Shown: in pieces, positions 42,212-57,952 of the stretch | How the letters are laid out: each line of letters starts with the position of its first letter | Numbering within the stretch: the first letter of the stretch is position 1 | From: a virus | Lineage: Duplodnaviria > Caudoviricetes | Strand: one strand, 5' to 3' | IMG/VR virus record: IMGVR_UViG_3300021961_000113 | Location: 1 to 58,285 of that record | Length of the DNA: 58,285 bases | Program-made: the position numbers and the translations under genes | Notes under the pieces: generated by a model | What the model was told of the DNA's origin: nothing | The model's database searches: none | What the model saw: only the letters and a program-made list of their open reading frames with translations

Positions 42212-43996
42212 TTAGACCCCCGCTACTTTCCTGGCCTCAGCAAGCTTGCCCCTCATTTCCGGGAAGAACTCGCGCATCGCACCATCGAGTGCATTGACGT
42301 AATTTGCACGAATGCGCTTGTACTCATCCGAGTCGTACATTTGCCTTGGGTCGTACTGCTTGGCCTCAGAGCGCCTTCTCAAAAGGTCGCCAACCTGCTT
42401 GTCGAACTTGGCCATTTCTTGAAGGGCCAGGGTCTTCGCAAGGTAGGCCTTGATCGGATCATTCGAAAGGCTTGGTAAAAGCTGGCCAAATAGCACGCGC
42501 TCGTAGTTCGATACTTGACCCTCGCCCTTGCGCTCTGCCTTATTCAACAGAGAATCTAGCCTGCGCTCAGATTGCAAGAGCAATGACGCCGCATCCAAGC
42601 CTTGCTGTTGCAAGTATTTTTGAGCTTCATCGTTTGAAATGCCGCGCTCTTTTGCAACCCTGGCGACCATTTCAGGATTGGCCCGTACCAACCGCCTCAT
42701 GCCGTCCTCAAAGCCTCCGATGGTGACGTTCGTGCCACCAACACGGATGCCCTCCTTAATGAATTGCGCAAGGGCGTACTGACCCCCAGGCTTGTTGAAG
42801 ATCCCAACCGCATAGGGGTATGCCGAGGCCAATTGCATCATTTGCTTGGCTTCTTGCTGGAGGGAGTCGGCCTTGTCGTAACGAGTAAGAATCGGCGCAC
42901 GGGCCTCCTTAACCTCGCCGGTCAGCATCGAGATATTCTCTTCGGTCTGCTTGGACTCTGCTTTTAAGCGCTGCTCCCTTTCGCCAGCAGTCTCAAATTT
43001 TGGTCCAGCAGCGGCTTGCGCAGGTGCCTCTGAAGCTGGTTGGATAGCAGACTGCTGAGCAGGCGCCACAGATGTCGCATCGAGCGGTCTTGGTGGCGCA
43101 ATCGCCCCTATCCTTTCACCAAGGCCTGGGATTTTGCCGACGATGAACTTAGCGGCCTCTGCCTGACCGTCCTTATTCATGATCTCGTCGTACTTCATCC
43201 AGTCGCCAAGTGGCATCTTGATGTCGCCGCTAAAGTTACCAAGGTTTAATTGGCGCTCTATTGGCTTGGCAAGTTCCGCGGGGTTATAAATTCGCTCACC
43301 GGTTCCCGGTACATAGAAAGATCCATCGCCTCCAGGCAAGAAGTTCTTGCGATAGTCTTCTCGAGCCTGCATAACTTGGTTATAAAGCTTTTCACCAGCA
43401 GAACCGAGGGGTCTTGTAATCGCTAAAAGCTGCTCGGGGTCCATGGCCATCAAACGACGCGCCTGCGGGTTGCCAACCGCAGCTTCGGCAGAGGCGCCCG
43501 ATCCAGGTGCGGCCTGCACATTAGCCCCAGGCGCCCCGATGCCAAGCATGGTTGCAATTCGTTCAGCCTCTTCTTGTTGAGCCATAGCAAGACGGTTGGC
43601 GGCCAATTCGGTCCGCATCTTCATCATGCTTGGGAGGTTCTTCTCTTGCTCACCACGCTGCCTCGAGGCTTCTGCGCCTAAGTTTGCAAGAGCACTACCG
43701 ATTGATCCAGTACCGGTAGGCTGGCCAAAGGCGAAGAGCAGGCGGGATACGTCGTAGCCCTCGCCACTAATTCGGCGCTCGAGCGCGGTGATCATGTCTT
43801 GCGTGGCTTTTAGGTAGTCCTGCTTTGCGGCGCCAAGACCGCCGGGAGCGGCCTGCCCTAATCCACTTGGGCGCGGAAGATTGACTGGAATCTGGTATTC
43901 GTTACTCTTGATCCCAGTGCCGCCACCGAGAGCGCCTTCCATGGTGTCCTCGCCCATCATGGCGCTTAATCCACCCATATTCATATCGAGGGGCAT
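42212..43996 (-). CDS. Putative internal virion / ejection protein
   Basis: Helical A/G/Q-rich; FGQPTGTGS.G..L, G.GQVSNYER motifs; located in the ejection module. Confidence 0.65.
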   Translation of the reverse strand: MPLDMNMGGLSAMMGEDTMEGALGGGTGIKSNEYQIPVNLPRPSGLGQAAPGGLGAAKQDYLKATQDMITALERRISGEGYDVSRLLFAFGQPTGTGSIGSALANLGAEASRQRGEQEKNLPSMMKMRTELAANRLAMAQQEEAERIATMLGIGAPGANVQAAPGSGASAEAAVGNPQARRLMAMDPEQLLAITRPLGSAGEKLYNQVMQAREDYRKNFLPGGDGSFYVPGTGERIYNPAELAKPIERQLNLGNFSGDIKMPLGDWMKYDEIMNKDGQAEAAKFIVGKIPGLGERIGAIAPPRPLDATSVAPAQQSAIQPASEAPAQAAAGPKFETAGEREQRLKAESKQTEENISMLTGEVKEARAPILTRYDKADSLQQEAKQMMQLASAYPYAVGIFNKPGGQYALAQFIKEGIRVGGTNVTIGGFEDGMRRLVRANPEMVARVAKERGISNDEAQKYLQQQGLDAASLLLQSERRLDSLLNKAERKGEGQVSNYERVLFGQLLPSLSNDPIKAYLAKTLALQEMAKFDKQVGDLLRRRSEAKQYDPRQMYDSDEYKRIRANYVNALDGAMREFFPEMRGKLAEARKVAGV

Positions 43997-44008
43997 CGTT
44001 GTCTCCGG

Positions 44009-44992
44009 TTAACCGCTAGGGAATAAACTCTTGAACCAATCAGAGTTTTTAATCGCATCCGCACCCGACCCAACAAGATCGAAGATTGACTGAGCAGCGG
44101 ATTTTCCTGTTCCAGCAGACCCCGTTGGCGCGAACAGGCCAGCAAGGGTACTAAGCTGCTGTAATCCTGACGGGCTGTACTGAAGACCGGCAAGCGGACC
44201 TTCATAGGTCGACGAGACGTCAGTTGGCATCGTGTAGCCCCTTAGAAGGCCTGAGACGGCCTGCGCAGTCTGCAAGGGGAAGTTTTCTTCACCTTGGGCG
44301 ATCGCTTGCTGCTGGGCCCCTAATGAGGCTAGATTCTGCAATTCTGCGATGTTCATGCCCGACTGGAGTTGGCCAAGAGCACCCATGGTTTGAGCGCCTT
44401 GCATATACCGGCCAAGATCACCCGCTGCCAGCTTGGAAGCCATGTCGTAGCCCTGGGACAAAGCGCCGGACTGAGCACCGAGAATGTCCCGAAGAGCCTC
44501 GCGCTTAGCAATACCTTCCTGCTGGAGCCCTCGCTTGCCACCAAACCCACCGGTTCCGACGCCAAGACCGCCCATCCCAGGCAGGGCTTCTTGCATTTGC
44601 CGCTGACCTAGTCGATTGATCTCCGAGACAACGTCCTTGATGTAGGGGTTCATATAACCCCCGCCCATCGTGGTCGTCTCGCCCGTTACGGGGTCGGTGT
44701 ACTCATAGCCCTGAAGCTGTTGAGCAGTTGTAGCACCAGCAGACTGGCCAAACCTCGAGGCGGCATCCATGAAACCTTGGCCACCAAACATGCGGTTCTT
44801 AGCCTCGTCAAAGGCCGTGGTTTGCAGTTCCTGTTCGCCAACGTACTTCGGCGCTTCAGCACCAAGCAAAGCCTCGCCGGTACTGCCAAGCTTCTTGAGG
44901 TAGTCGGTATAAAACCCAGGCGCCGTAGTCGACTGGGACTGCTTGATATTAACGGGCGGTGGCGCTGCACCTTGGGTCCAATCGAATGGCAT
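44009..44992 (-). CDS. Putative DNA transfer / pilot protein
   Basis: YMNPY...V, GGFGG.R, G/Q-rich. Confidence 0.7.
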   Translation of the reverse strand: MPFDWTQGAAPPPVNIKQSQSTTAPGFYTDYLKKLGSTGEALLGAEAPKYVGEQELQTTAFDEAKNRMFGGQGFMDAASRFGQSAGATTAQQLQGYEYTDPVTGETTTMGGGYMNPYIKDVVSEINRLGQRQMQEALPGMGGLGVGTGGFGGKRGLQQEGIAKREALRDILGAQSGALSQGYDMASKLAAGDLGRYMQGAQTMGALGQLQSGMNIAELQNLASLGAQQQAIAQGEENFPLQTAQAVSGLLRGYTMPTDVSSTYEGPLAGLQYSPSGLQQLSTLAGLFAPTGSAGTGKSAAQSIFDLVGSGADAIKNSDWFKSLFPSG

Positions 44993-44994
44993 GA

Positions 44995-49452
<4,458 letters not shown>

Positions 49453-49456
<4 letters not shown>

Positions 49457-51540
49457 GGCGTATAACCCCTGACGTCGCCCATATCCAGCGACAAGAGAAT
49501 ACGACCCATTTGATAGTCCCCGCCAATGATATTGGACTCAAACTTGAGCCTTAATTCACGACGCTGCTCTTTTAAGTCGATTTTGGTCGTATTGGAATCA
49601 AACGTATAAGGGCCGGTCGTAACGTCGGATGCCTGCGCGTAAGGACGGCCAATGACGTACATGGTCATCTCCTGGTCTTGTAGGAAATCAGGCTCCACGC
49701 GCTCAAGGCGGGACCAGAAATTATCTCCGATCGGGGCCTCCTGCGCAGGATTGCCAGTAACCCAGGATAAATCGTGCGTCGTGAAGTATGAGTCAATGGC
49801 GGTTACCGAAGGGCCGTCCACGACATCCACGCCGACCTCATGCTGCCAAAGCTTGGTATATCCGCCGCCAATATCTTCAGTTCCGCCAGCCACCGGATAC
49901 CTGAAAACCTGCGAAAAGTAACCCGAGCTACGCTGAGCGTGAATGCTTTGGCCAGCGTCATACCATGTCTTCTCGCGCACGTTGTAAATAATTGCGTCAG
50001 TGCATTCAATAGCCGAGCCTCGAGGATAAAACCACCAGATCTCGCCATAACGAGGGACCTTGGTAACCCAAACCTTTTGGCGTTGATTGTAATTTAGGTT
50101 ATCAAAGAACCAGTTCTGATTCATTGGGTTTGGAATTTCCTGGACAACACCGTTGTACATCAAGAATCGATCAACACCGCACCAGTAGTAAATCCCGTCG
50201 TATTCGATAACGCCCGAAGACGATAGAATCGAAGACTGCGACGTGATAATGTCATAGCGCCAATAATCAGGAGCCCCAATATACGAAACTCGTATAAGGG
50301 AATCTAATGACCAAAACAATCCCGAAGGCGCATTAGTACCGCCTCGAACTGGAAGACCTTTGACGATCTTCCCGGTGGCCACATTGACCTCGTTGGCATC
50401 AGCCGAATTCCAGTCAAGGGGGTTGCCCTTGGAATTGTTCTTGATCAGGCCCGAATTACCGTAAACAAAGATGTACGGATGAAGAGCTACGACACCACCA
50501 GAGACCGAGACAACGTCACCCGTCGGGTCAGGACCGCTTACATCGCGAAGTTCGGTTAATGCCGTGCCGTTGATAGGTCCGTAAAGGACCGGCGAGTTCG
50601 TTGTAGCATCAACCTGCGCCAGATTCTGCCCAGGATGAACTAAAAGTTGATTTACGCCACCCTGCGAATCATAAGAAGAGTCGAATTGATAAACATTATT
50701 GGCATCAGCGGTGAAAACCGAGCTAATAGTCGCCACTTGGATGCTAAACGGCGTTGTTACAGTGCCGCCAAGACTCGTAGCATCTGCTGAGAGCGTGTTT
50801 CCGACCGTATAACCAACGCCTGATTGTGTATAAGCAACCGTAATTGTCGAAACCAGCACCTTGAAGCCTGAGCCAGTACCGCCAATATTGGCCGCAGCGG
50901 CTGACAAAGAGTCGCCGGGAGTGTATCCAGCACCCAAATCTGTTAAAACAACCGCAGTAACCGCGCCACCAGAAACCGTAACCGTCGCAATCGCGCTTGA
51001 GCCAAGTCCGCCAGTGAGAGGGACATTCGTATAAGTGCCGTTAGTATAGGCAGCGCCTCCCGTAATCGCTCCAAGGGTCAAAATCGGGCCTGTTGTCGTA
51101 ATAACAACCGACGTTATGACTCCGCCAGCGATCGTAATGTTGCAGTAAAGCGCCGTCCCAGTGCCGCCGGTCATCGCCACGCCGTTATACGTTCCGTTGG
51201 TATAACCCGTACCACCTACAAGCGTGCCTAGCGTTGCTACCGGCCCTGTGAAAGCAAAATTAGAAACTCCAGCGCCTACGCCGTTATTATCAACCCCAAT
51301 AACTTGAACGCCGGAGGCGTAGGAAGTGAAAATATTATTGAGCCCATTACTTGAATCTACAAACATTCCTCGGGTTGGCCCAAAAATCTGATCGGATATT
51401 CTTTTGACACCAAGCACTTTTCTGGGACGACCACGCTGAAAACGGACCCACAGGCCATCAGAATACTGATCGCCATCTAAAACAGTTCCATCCCTCCGAA
51501 TTCCCGGCTGGCTGTTGATCGTAATGACTTTTTCGGTCAT
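49453..51540 (-). CDS. Tail nozzle / P22 gp10-like DNA stabilisation protein with inserted repeats
   Basis: PGIRRDGT, WVRFQRGRPRK, GEIWWFYP, YNVREKTW; start MTEKV. Confidence 0.75.
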
Positions 51541-52748
51541 TAGAACGCGCCCCCTGAAAGGCCTTGCGCTGTTAAAAGCATCCTGGTAGTACCACCTATA
51601 GACCACCCAATAGCAGACCCGCCGCTAGGTCGATACATTCCGGTATTTGTCTCGCCGGTAAAGTTTAATGAGGGCGCAACGGCAGAGCCATCAATGATTG
51701 ATATAGCAGACCCGCCAACAACAACCGAAGTGGCGCTTAATACGTTGACAGAATCACAAACCAGGGTTGCCTGTTGCGATACTGACAAGGATGTGTTGTT
51801 ACCGCCGACAACGCCGGTCGTAAACACAACATTCGCAGTTCCTGACGTCTGGTTTAAGGCGAAATAGACTTGAACCGCAGCAGGTAGAACAATCGTTACA
51901 TTGCTATTTATTGAAGTTCCGGTGATCTTAATAATCGTATTTTGCGCCTGAGCGGGTGTCAGCGTATAAGTAGAACCCGAGGTAACAGGAAGCGTAAGTT
52001 GCGAATAAGCAAAAGTTGTTTCTTGACCTAAACCAACGGTATAGAACGCCGACCCAGAACAACAGATAAATGCCGAATCGTTGATTTGCAAAGCAAGGCT
52101 CGCTAAGCCATTGATAAGCTCGGAGCCATCAGGGTCAATGGTTAAGAGGCCAGTTCCGCCGTTGCGAACTATCATAAACCAGTCATCCCCGAGCGTCGCC
52201 GCCGAGGTTAGGGATAGCGTACCAACACCACCGGTCCATACCATAGCCTTGGCGCGATAGGTTGCATCGGCGGTAAAGCTGCCGCTAATTGTGGCGACTG
52301 GGTGAGATTGGTTAAGAGTTGTCGTTACAGCCTTTAGACCATACCCTGCCAGGGATGATGCGTCAGCAGAACTTGACCCTACGCCAAAAGCAATAACGCC
52401 CCAGGCGCCTGCTGCCATGGAATTATTTGTTACATAAATGTACTTAGCCTCACCAGCAGCAACCGAAATAATTGTGTTACCAGCGTAATCACGAACCGTA
52501 AAAGTATTGGCGCCGGTATTTCTAATCAAAGAATCGGTGCCCACCGAAGTTTGATTAGCAGGGGGCATATAAACCGATAGGCTCGCAACGGAAGCCGAGA
52601 TTTGCATAACTCTCGCAACATAATTTCCCGCTGCGCTTCCGTCTGGCGGCCAAACAAGATTAAGGTTTGCCGAGATCGAGAACGATTGATAACTGACGTC
52701 TGTTGGTTGAATGACGTCGCCCGTGAAAATACTAACGTATGAGGTCAT
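51540..52748 (-). CDS. Virion structural (tail) protein
   Basis: Beta-rich T/S/G; DGS..APSLNF..ETNTGMYR C-terminal fibre motif. Confidence 0.65.
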   Translation of the reverse strand: MTSYVSIFTGDVIQPTDVSYQSFSISANLNLVWPPDGSAAGNYVARVMQISASVASLSVYMPPANQTSVGTDSLIRNTGANTFTVRDYAGNTIISVAAGEAKYIYVTNNSMAAGAWGVIAFGVGSSSADASSLAGYGLKAVTTTLNQSHPVATISGSFTADATYRAKAMVWTGGVGTLSLTSAATLGDDWFMIVRNGGTGLLTIDPDGSELINGLASLALQINDSAFICCSGSAFYTVGLGQETTFAYSQLTLPVTSGSTYTLTPAQAQNTIIKITGTSINSNVTIVLPAAVQVYFALNQTSGTANVVFTTGVVGGNNTSLSVSQQATLVCDSVNVLSATSVVVGGSAISIIDGSAVAPSLNFTGETNTGMYRPSGGSAIGWSIGGTTRMLLTAQGLSGGAF

Positions 52749-53374
52749 ACTTCTTGCACCGTAGCGGATCGATCAATCGTGCGGGTATCGTTCTCAAGCT
52801 TAAGCGTCTGTACGGCACGGTCATACAGGGCTTGCCAAAGCTGCACTCGAGAATCGTTCTTTAAGAAGGGCATCGCTTGCAAAAGCGTGCCGTACAACAT
52901 TGCCTGAGGCGCGTTAATCGTAAACCAGTTCGTTTGATTGGTTGCGTCTAATGGCTGGATTTTTTCGTAGTAAAGGACTTCAATCGCATAATCATCGTCT
53001 GGCGTCGGCGCAATAAACCAATGGTTAAAATCGTAGTCGCCATAAAACTTGGGGACCTCTTCCGCTGTTGGCGTGGGCCAATAGTTGCGCATGTACTCAT
53101 ACTTGCGAAGCAGCAAGGGAAATCGCTCCCCAGCTACCGTGATATTCATGGAAGTTGTTTTTCTCCAACGAGTCGGCTTTTGCAGAGTCGGATTGCCCTG
53201 AACGAGCGTCGTTGAGACGGTTTGCTGCTGGCCAAGGATCTTTAGCTCGTCCGAGATAATCGATTCGGCCAAGTTGATAAAAGACGGGATCTGATTGATC
53301 GTCTGCGCGTCCGAGCGTTCCAGGTAAAGCGTAACATCCGCCACCAAAGACGTGTAGGTCATATTGACAGCCAT
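52745..53374 (-). CDS. Second head-tail adaptor-like protein
   Basis: TY..L...YLER.D...IPSFINLAE, APTPD..Y, LYGTL..A.PFLKND. Confidence 0.75.
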   Translation of the reverse strand: MAVNMTYTSLVADVTLYLERSDAQTINQIPSFINLAESIISDELKILGQQQTVSTTLVQGNPTLQKPTRWRKTTSMNITVAGERFPLLLRKYEYMRNYWPTPTAEEVPKFYGDYDFNHWFIAPTPDDDYAIEVLYYEKIQPLDATNQTNWFTINAPQAMLYGTLLQAMPFLKNDSRVQLWQALYDRAVQTLKLENDTRTIDRSATVQEV

Positions 53375-53775
53375 TATCGGTACCTTGCAGTTTTCTCGCG
53401 AATCTTCGAGGGTTGGGCAACGAATTGCTTCCCGGACTTGGTACCCTCACGCTTAGCGCGTGTGGTGGCTGCATACTCAGCAGGCGAAAGCGCCTCTCGC
53501 GCTCTCCGGGGCAGGTACCGTTCACCGGTGGCCTTAGGCCCTTGCGTGGAAGGCTTACCGGATTTTGTACCCCAATCCTCGCTCGTCCACTTTGAGAGCG
53601 AATTATCCGCCTTTTTAGGCCCTTTGTAACCCCCACCCGAAGCCTTGTACTTTTGGGTTGCCAATTGGGCCTTACGGGCGCTCCATTGGCCCGGATCACC
53701 GCCTTTACCGGAGGCTTTTACGGATGCGACGATGCGCTTCCACTTGGCCGGATCTGACTTGGTCGCTGAACTCAT
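53374..53775 (-). CDS. DUF5872-like basic protein
   Basis: GQWSARKAQL, SL.KW..EDW.TKSG, GERYLP, GKQFV.QP. Confidence 0.75.
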   Translation of the reverse strand: MSSATKSDPAKWKRIVASVKASGKGGDPGQWSARKAQLATQKYKASGGGYKGPKKADNSLSKWTSEDWGTKSGKPSTQGPKATGERYLPRRAREALSPAEYAATTRAKREGTKSGKQFVAQPSKIREKTARYR

Positions 53776-54239
53776 CGCATTAACGCGGCCTCGGCCGCCC
53801 TCCTACGGGTTAGTCCTGGCAAAACCCTGCCAGCGGCTTTATTCCACTTCAGACACTCATCCGCGGCACCGTCCCAGTTATCGGCATCGATGCGCTTTTT
53901 GAAGGTGCTCACCCTGTAGTTACCAAGACCACAGTTGTAAGCCCAGCTTGTAACCGCTGCCATGCGCCTTGGGATTGCTTTTGATAGGCTTGGCGACATC
54001 CTGAGCAAACCCCGCACGAAATACTCGACGTGGTGGTCGAGGGCGTCCTCGCACTGCTCGAGCGTCCAGATAGTCCCAGGATTGATTTCCGGGCCCGTAG
54101 CGCCCCATCCTATAGTCCAAGGGTGTCCACGAGTCCCAGGGTCTGGATAGGCCATTACACGGCCATCAGGCAAGCGCTTTGCCAGCCCTTCAAAGGGCTT
54201 GATCAGTACATCCTTGCAAAGCTTTTTAGCCTCATTCAC
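53772..54239 (-). CDS. Endolysin, GH24 lysozyme
   Basis: FEG...AYPD...WTIGWGAT, S.AYN.G, LPGLTRRR.AE. Confidence 0.93.
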   Translation of the reverse strand: MNEAKKLCKDVLIKPFEGLAKRLPDGRVMAYPDPGTRGHPWTIGWGATGPEINPGTIWTLEQCEDALDHHVEYFVRGLLRMSPSLSKAIPRRMAAVTSWAYNCGLGNYRVSTFKKRIDADNWDGAADECLKWNKAAGRVLPGLTRRRAAEAALMR

Positions 54240-54721
54240 GACTTGTTGTACTTCTCAATCGATCGTCCTACAAACCAGAACGTAAGCATCATGTTCAGCA
54301 TGGCAAAATCGTCCTCGTCATAGCTCTTGGTCAAGACTTCGGCCCAGTTAGCGTTGGTCTGGAAGGCTATCGTTAGGCCAGCAGCTTTGACAGCCACGTA
54401 TACGCCAAATGCAATCCAAGTAAGACCGGGGCGGGTAATAGCAGTGATAAAAGAAGCAAGCCAGCCAGCCTCTTTTGCCGTTTGGGCTTGCTCCTTAAAA
54501 GCCTCCTTAATCGTGTCCATTTGCGAGATCGAGTAGTCCACATACTTCTCCTCCATCTTGAACTCGCCCCTCATTTTTTCCAGATCAGTCTGTAGCTGGA
54601 ACATGGATAGCTCGTGCTGCCGCTCGTTCTTTTTGTCCAAGAACTTGAGGACTTCAGGCGCAAGCCGAAAGATGCCGCCAAAGATGCTGCCGAGTAAACC
54701 GCCACCGAGTAGTTCAAACAT
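54236..54721 (-). CDS. Putative holin
   Basis: Hydrophobic N-terminus, RP.LT TM segment, FWFVGR; adjacent to lysozyme. Confidence 0.7.
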   Translation of the reverse strand: MFELLGGGLLGSIFGGIFRLAPEVLKFLDKKNERQHELSMFQLQTDLEKMRGEFKMEEKYVDYSISQMDTIKEAFKEQAQTAKEAGWLASFITAITRPGLTWIAFGVYVAVKAAGLTIAFQTNANWAEVLTKSYDEDDFAMLNMMLTFWFVGRSIEKYNKS

Positions 54722-54723
54722 AG

Positions 54724-55140
54724 TTACCCTTTAGCGGTTACGATGTCAGCGCCCTTTTTGACCGTTACCTTGCTGCCCTCAACATCAACCTGCATAGGGG
54801 GCTCGGTACGGTCTAGTTTATCCAGGCGGGTAATGAGGTCCTTGATGACCTCGAACTCTGGCTTTTCTTGCTTTGGCGCGGTTCCGGCAATACCGTTGAG
54901 CATTTGGATCAAGGCTGTCAACGAGGCGCCTAGCAGGCCCATTACAGCGGCAATTTTCTCGCCCTCAAGGAATAACGATGCACCGACACCCACAAGTACG
55001 ATCAGGAAGATATAAAGCAGCCCATCTTCGCCAATGGCTTTTCCTGCTACTTCTTTGGCCGAATCTTGCGCTTTAAGCTCTTCAAGCCGGATCTTGGCCT
55101 GCGCCTTAAGAACCGCCAACTCGTGGGTTTTATCGTCCAT
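54724..55140 (-). CDS. Two-TM membrane protein in the lysis cassette
   Basis: LLYIFLIVLVGVGASLF and IAAVMGLLGASLTALI. Confidence 0.65.
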   Translation of the reverse strand: MDDKTHELAVLKAQAKIRLEELKAQDSAKEVAGKAIGEDGLLYIFLIVLVGVGASLFLEGEKIAAVMGLLGASLTALIQMLNGIAGTAPKQEKPEFEVIKDLITRLDKLDRTEPPMQVDVEGSKVTVKKGADIVTAKG

Positions 55141-55337
55141 CAGATACCCAAGATCTTCTTAACGAACATGGCCGCGACACCTGGACCAAGCAAGACGGCA
55201 GCGATCGTAATGTAAAGCAGAAACTCAATGCGCTGCATGCGCTTTGAGCCATCTGCGAAGCGTTTTTCAATATTCTCATATCTGCTGGCGCAAATTGCCT
55301 CATGAACAGAAAGTCGCTTATCTAAATCATCGCTCAT
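55140..55337 (-). CDS. XhlA-like small membrane protein
   Basis: HEAICA.RY coiled coil plus one TM helix. Confidence 0.65.
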   Translation of the reverse strand: MSDDLDKRLSVHEAICASRYENIEKRFADGSKRMQRIEFLLYITIAAVLLGPGVAAMFVKKILGI

Positions 55338-55351
55338 ACAACCTTAACCCT

Positions 55352-55507
55352 TTATTCTTCGGTCGTATTTGTTTGGTTAGCAGGTCTTGCGGCTTCTTTG
55401 ATTCCATCGATCAATTGAAACACCTCTTGATATGGGCGCGTCCCCAGGTAGCCAAGAATTTGATTGATCAATTCAATTGACACGCTAAGATTTGTATCGC
55501 TGTTCAT
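55352..55507 (-). CDS. 51 aa conserved protein downstream of tail fibre
   Basis: Read manually: ...INQILGYLGTRPYQEVFQLI...; AAGGA SD. Confidence 0.7.
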   Translation of the reverse strand: MNSDTNLSVSIELINQILGYLGTRPYQEVFQLIDGIKEAARPANQTNTTEE

Positions 55508-55529
55508 TCTCGGTCCTTATTTGCAATAA

Positions 55530-57626
55530 TTATTTACTCAATTTTGCCTCTAGCGCCTCAACCTTGTCGGTCAAATCCTTAATAGCTTGCACAAGCACCG
55601 GGATCAGTTTGCCGTAAGCAGCTTCTAGCTTGTCGGGATTTTCTGCGTATACAAGCCCCGGAATCGTGACGCCTGCATCAGTCTGCGCTTTGACCAGATC
55701 TTGAGCAATGAACCCCGTATCAGGAACACCGACCTTGCCGCCATCGCGCATGTTCCAAGTAAAGGCTACGGGTTTAAGCTGTCTGACAAAATCAAGCCCT
55801 GCTTGGATCGGCACAATGCTGGTCTTATCACGCGCATCGGACAGGGAAGTGATGCTTGTGACCTGACATCTTAGGGTTGTTATGCTGGAGTTGCCGAGGG
55901 TGATTTCGTTTGAAACAGTAGCCGAGCTTGGTTGCGCGTTGTATCCAAGTATGGTGTTGTTTGTTCCTGAATTATGCGTATTCCCAGCCTGATAGCCTAC
56001 CGCTGTGTTTTGTGAGCCAGTTGTTGAATTTAACGCACTTACACCTACGGCGACACAAGAAGATCCTGTCGTTAAAGTTTGAAGTGAAGAGGCGCCAATG
56101 GCTACATTTGCAGCTCCGGTTGAGACGCTAATTGCTGATAAGGAACCAAAAGCTGTATTAAAACTTCCGGTAGAAGAACCCAAAGCAAAATGCCCTACAG
56201 CGGTTTGGTTGCCCCCTATAACATTTGCCTGCAAGGCGTAGTAACCAACTGCCGTGTTGTACGGCCCCGATGTATTAGATTCAAGAGCTCGATAGCCAAT
56301 AGCAGTTATTTGATCTGCTGTATTATATCTTGCAGCTTGAACACCAACAGCTACACAATAAGATCCCGTTGTTAGGGCTGTCAACGCGCCGTCACCCAAG
56401 GCCGTATTTGAAACCCCGGATGTAATGGCGGTGCCTGCATAAGAACCTACGGCTGTATTTGAAGCCCCATTAGAGACAGCCAAAGCCTCAAAACCAACAG
56501 CGGTTTGATTGTTTGCTGAGGTATTCCCGTCTAACGCTAAGGAACCAACGGCAGTATTTCGCAATCCTGTTGAATTAGACCTAAGTGCTTGGAAGCCAAC
56601 AGCGGTTAGATTATTGGCCTCATTGCTAGTTAGTGCGTTTACACCTACAGCAACACAAGAACTTACCGCCGCAGACGAGGAGCTGTAACCTGAAAGAGCA
56701 CTATTTCCTATAGCAACATTATAGGATCCAGTTGAGGGGAAAGTTAATGCGCTAGCACCCAACACAGTATTATTTTGACCCGAAGTTATATTTATTGCGG
56801 CAGATTTGCCAACTGCGGTGTTAGAAAAGGCCGTGGCATTTTTTAGGGCTTGGTACCCGAAAGCAGTTTGACTTTCACCTGTTGTAATAGCATTTAACGA
56901 TTCATAACCAACAGCCGTGTTGAATCTACCTGACGTAACAGATGTAAGCGCACCTGAGCCAAGTGCTGTGGAAAACGGCGTTGCAGAATTTGTTATACCT
57001 GTCAGGGAACTACTAGGTGTGGCCCATGTACCGTCACCACGCCAGAATGTAGATGAAGACGCGCTTGTGCCGCCGTTTAAATTAGCTACCGGAAGGTCTC
57101 CCGTTACGCCTGTAGATAATGGCAAACCCGTGCAATTAGTCAGCGTTCCCGAGGTTGGGGTGCCTAAGACGGGAGTTACAAGCGTTGGGGAGGTGGATAA
57201 AACGTTATTACCCGATCCCGTGGAAGTTGTTACACCTGTTCCACCATTGGCTACAGGCAGAGTGCCGGTCACCCCCGTTGTCAAAGGCAGTCCGGTTGCA
57301 TTGGTTAATACCGCAGCAGAAGGCGTTCCTAAAGCGGGTGTTACCAGCGTTGGTGAAGTTGAGAAAACAAAATTGCCTGTGCCTGTAGTACCCGACGCAG
57401 CACCAAATCCTGTTGCGATTACCCCTCCTGCGGTTACATTTGCCCCCAGCCTTGCGCCTACGACTTGCACAGCCCCCGCGGTATCCTTGTAATACAGGCG
57501 CCCATCTGCATAATTAAGCGCAAGCTCAGCACCATTAGAAGATGACGTTAGGTTAGCCGCCGACGGCACATTCGAGGCCGTTGCGCTACCGTAAATAAGG
57601 ATTGGGGTGTAACCTGTCTGTGCCAT
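55530..57626 (-). CDS. Tail fibre with NTAVG beta-roll repeats and C-terminal intramolecular chaperone (peptidase S74)
   Basis: 14 aa NTAVG repeats; SDARDK cleavage motif, [21 protein letters not shown] coiled coil. Confidence 0.88.
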   Translation of the reverse strand: MAQTGYTPILIYGSATASNVPSAANLTSSSNGAELALNYADGRLYYKDTAGAVQVVGARLGANVTAGGVIATGFGAASGTTGTGNFVFSTSPTLVTPALGTPSAAVLTNATGLPLTTGVTGTLPVANGGTGVTTSTGSGNNVLSTSPTLVTPVLGTPTSGTLTNCTGLPLSTGVTGDLPVANLNGGTSASSSTFWRGDGTWATPSSSLTGITNSATPFSTALGSGALTSVTSGRFNTAVGYESLNAITTGESQTAFGYQALKNATAFSNTAVGKSAAINITSGQNNTVLGASALTFPSTGSYNVAIGNSALSGYSSSSAAVSSCVAVGVNALTSNEANNLTAVGFQALRSNSTGLRNTAVGSLALDGNTSANNQTAVGFEALAVSNGASNTAVGSYAGTAITSGVSNTALGDGALTALTTGSYCVAVGVQAARYNTADQITAIGYRALESNTSGPYNTAVGYYALQANVIGGNQTAVGHFALGSSTGSFNTAFGSLSAISVSTGAANVAIGASSLQTLTTGSSCVAVGVSALNSTTGSQNTAVGYQAGNTHNSGTNNTILGYNAQPSSATVSNEITLGNSSITTLRCQVTSITSLSDARDKTSIVPIQAGLDFVRQLKPVAFTWNMRDGGKVGVPDTGFIAQDLVKAQTDAGVTIPGLVYAENPDKLEAAYGKLIPVLVQAIKDLTDKVEALEAKLSK

Positions 57627-57637
57627 CTCGAAACTTC

Positions 57638-57952
57638 CTAAAAAGAGGCCTGTGCTGTCGTTAAGTTGCTTGCTTGGCTAGTTGTTAAAAACGATACTGG
57701 CTCTAAAATCTCCATAGATTGTCCTTCTGTCTGCCAAGCGCTCTCTACCCAAGCCCTGTCTGCATGGTTCCAGTTCCATTGCCATCCTGCTCTGTCTTGA
57801 GGCTTAGGATCTCTGATGATCCATTCCCAGTTTAGCCATACCAACTCTTTGTCAGCAGGAATGTCTGTCGGAGGCGCAGGAGACGGTTGCCAGCCTTCAG
57901 TGCCATCTGTTTCAGTGCTTGGGATAGACCCGTTCTTTGTCCAGTATTGCAT
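57638..57952 (-). CDS. Small Trp/Pro-rich tail-fibre-associated protein (allele B)
   Basis: Homologous to 481..780, diverging after residue ~30. Confidence 0.7.
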   Translation of the reverse strand: MQYWTKNGSIPSTETDGTEGWQPSPAPPTDIPADKELVWLNWEWIIRDPKPQDRAGWQWNWNHADRAWVESAWQTEGQSMEILEPVSFLTTSQASNLTTAQASF

